From an uncultured Pirellulaceae bacterium (lineage in GTDB: Bacteria > Planctomycetota > Planctomycetia > Pirellulales > Pirellulaceae): 38,664 nt of DNA. A model generated the notes under the pieces. The model was not told where the DNA came from. It did no database searches and saw nothing but the letters and a program-made list of their open reading frames with translations. This document shows, piece after piece, positions 37,379 through 38,664 of the stretch. A program made the position numbers and the translations under genes. Position 1 is the first letter of the stretch. Each line of letters opens with the position of its first letter. The stretch covers positions 1 through 38,664 of the forward strand of contig CAZHTX010000002.1 of the NCBI GenBank assembly GCA_964535475.1, given 5' to 3'.

Positions 37379-38664
37379 ATGATGGATTGTTTTTCTCCCT
37401 GCAGATGCTGTTTCGCCTGGTTGTTGGTTGCCACGACTGGGGTGGCGTTCGCTTGGCAGCCTCCCGCCCCCGAGGACTCGCCCCCCACGGAGTTGCCTCG
37501 CATCGAGCCCCTCGCGCCCCAAGCGGCACTCGACTCGTTTCAGGTTGCTCCCGGGTATCGAATCGAATTGGTCGCGGCCGAGCCGTTGGTGGTCGACCCG
37601 GTCGCCTTTTGTTTTGACGCGGCGGGTCGCTTGGTCGTGGCCGAGATGCGCGGTTACAGCGAGCGGCCCGACGACCATGCGGGCCGGGTCAGGCGTCTGA
37701 GCGATACCGACGGAGACGGTCAGTTTGATCATGCCGAGATCATCATCGAAGGGCTCGCCTGGCCAACCGCCGTGGCTTGTATCGATGGCGGCATTCTGGT
37801 CGCCGCCGCACCCGATTTAATTTTCGTACCGGAGGAAAGCAAGGGGCAAATCGCCCCGCCTGCAGATGCCCCCCTGGCAGTGGATTTTTCCTCCCGCACC
37901 GGCCCGCCGCAGGTTTGGGCTCGGGGCTTTGGAACCTCCAACGTCCAAGGGTTACTGAATAGCCTCCGCTGGGGTTTAGATTGCCGTTTGCATGGTGCCA
38001 CCAGCAGCAGTGGAGGACAACTAATTGGCATGGGGTACGCCGATCCGGTCCGTTTGGGGCGACGTGATTTTGCCATCGACCCCCTGCAGCACCGGCTCGA
38101 GTTAGTTGACGGCGGTGGCCAGCATGGAATGATGATTGACCCATGGGGCGATAAATTTGTTTGCAGCAACAGTGACCATCTTCAACAAGTAATGTTGTTG
38201 CCGCATCGCGAACAGCGCGCCGAGCGAACGAGTGTTAGCCCACCTCTGCGTCGCAGCATTGCCAGCGATGGTCCTCAAGCCGACGTCTTTCGCGCTTCGC
38301 CCGTCGAGCCTTGGCGGATTCTGCGAACGCACTTGAGGGTCAGCGGGCAAGCCACAGGTCCCATCGAGGGTGGTGGCCGCGCGGCAGGTTATTTCACAGG
38401 TGCCACTGGCGTTTACGTTTATGACGGAAATCAATGGCCCACCTCAAAGTCTCCGTTAGCGCTGATCTCCGATGTTGGTAGCAATCTTATACATCGCAAA
38501 CGGCTCAACGAAGATGGCCTTTGGAAGAATGGTCAACGTATCGACGAAATGACCGAGTTTGTTCGCTCCACCGATATCTGGTTTCGCCCCGTGCAGTTAG
38601 GAACCGGACCGGACGGAGCCTTATACATTGCCGATATGTACCGCGAGGTGATCGAGCATCCGCT
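37379..38664 (+). CDS. PVC-type dehydrogenase-like propeller protein (probably heme-binding), truncated at the window edge
   Basis: Absent from the ORF track because it has no stop. Manual translation from ATG 37379 gives MMDCFSP...ALDSFQVAPGYRIELVAAEPLVVDPVAFCFDAAGRLVVAEMRGY...DTDGDG. The window end reads WFRPVQLGTGPDGALYIADMYREVIEHP in the same frame. Confidence 0.85.
   Translation, partial: MMDCFSPCRCCFAWLLVATTGVAFAWQPPAPEDSPPTELPRIEPLAPQAALDSFQVAPGYRIELVAAEPLVVDPVAFCFDAAGRLVVAEMRGYSERPDDHAGRVRRLSDTDGDGQFDHAEIIIEGLAWPTAVACIDGGILVAAAPDLIFVPEESKGQIAPPADAPLAVDFSSRTGPPQVWARGFGTSNVQGLLNSLRWGLDCRLHGATSSSGGQLIGMGYADPVRLGRRDFAIDPLQHRLELVDGGGQHGMMIDPWGDKFVCSNSDHLQQVMLLPHREQRAERTSVSPPLRRSIASDGPQADVFRASPVEPWRILRTHLRVSGQATGPIEGGGRAAGYFTGATGVYVYDGNQWPTSKSPLALISDVGSNLIHRKRLNEDGLWKNGQRIDEMTEFVRSTDIWFRPVQLGTGPDGALYIADMYREVIEHP

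Overview
A 38.7-kb chromosomal window that looks like Planctomycetota (probably Pirellulaceae), inferred from its PVC-type heme/propeller proteins, a sulfatase, a DUF1080 fusion and stand-alone TadE/vWA genes. Housekeeping genes are argB-argD-argF-rph, a divergent proC and a UvrD/PcrA-type helicase. Accessory genes include a DUF1080-pentaheme-PA14 protein with a propeller partner, an alkaline phosphatase-sulfatase fusion, an XylR/Gfo-Idh-MocA/ThuA-cytochrome/SLC13 cluster, a TadE-vWA-TadE trio and an ankyrin lipoprotein. The best candidate for an undescribed system is 14475-22382. It holds three different HlyD-type adaptors (GAF-GAF-TM-HlyD, a signal-peptide HlyD, and a PqqD/RRE-like-M50 protease-HlyD fusion) plus a DUF3467-like protein, with no ABC, RND or TolC gene in the window. 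A divergent gene there has a similar GAF-like domain and a putative Zn-binding C-terminus. Also notable: the PhoA domain appears circularly permuted, and a MITE-like element sits in-frame in its linker, with degenerate copies nearby. No rRNA, tRNA or CRISPR array was seen. All family calls come from motif recognition by eye, not database searches.
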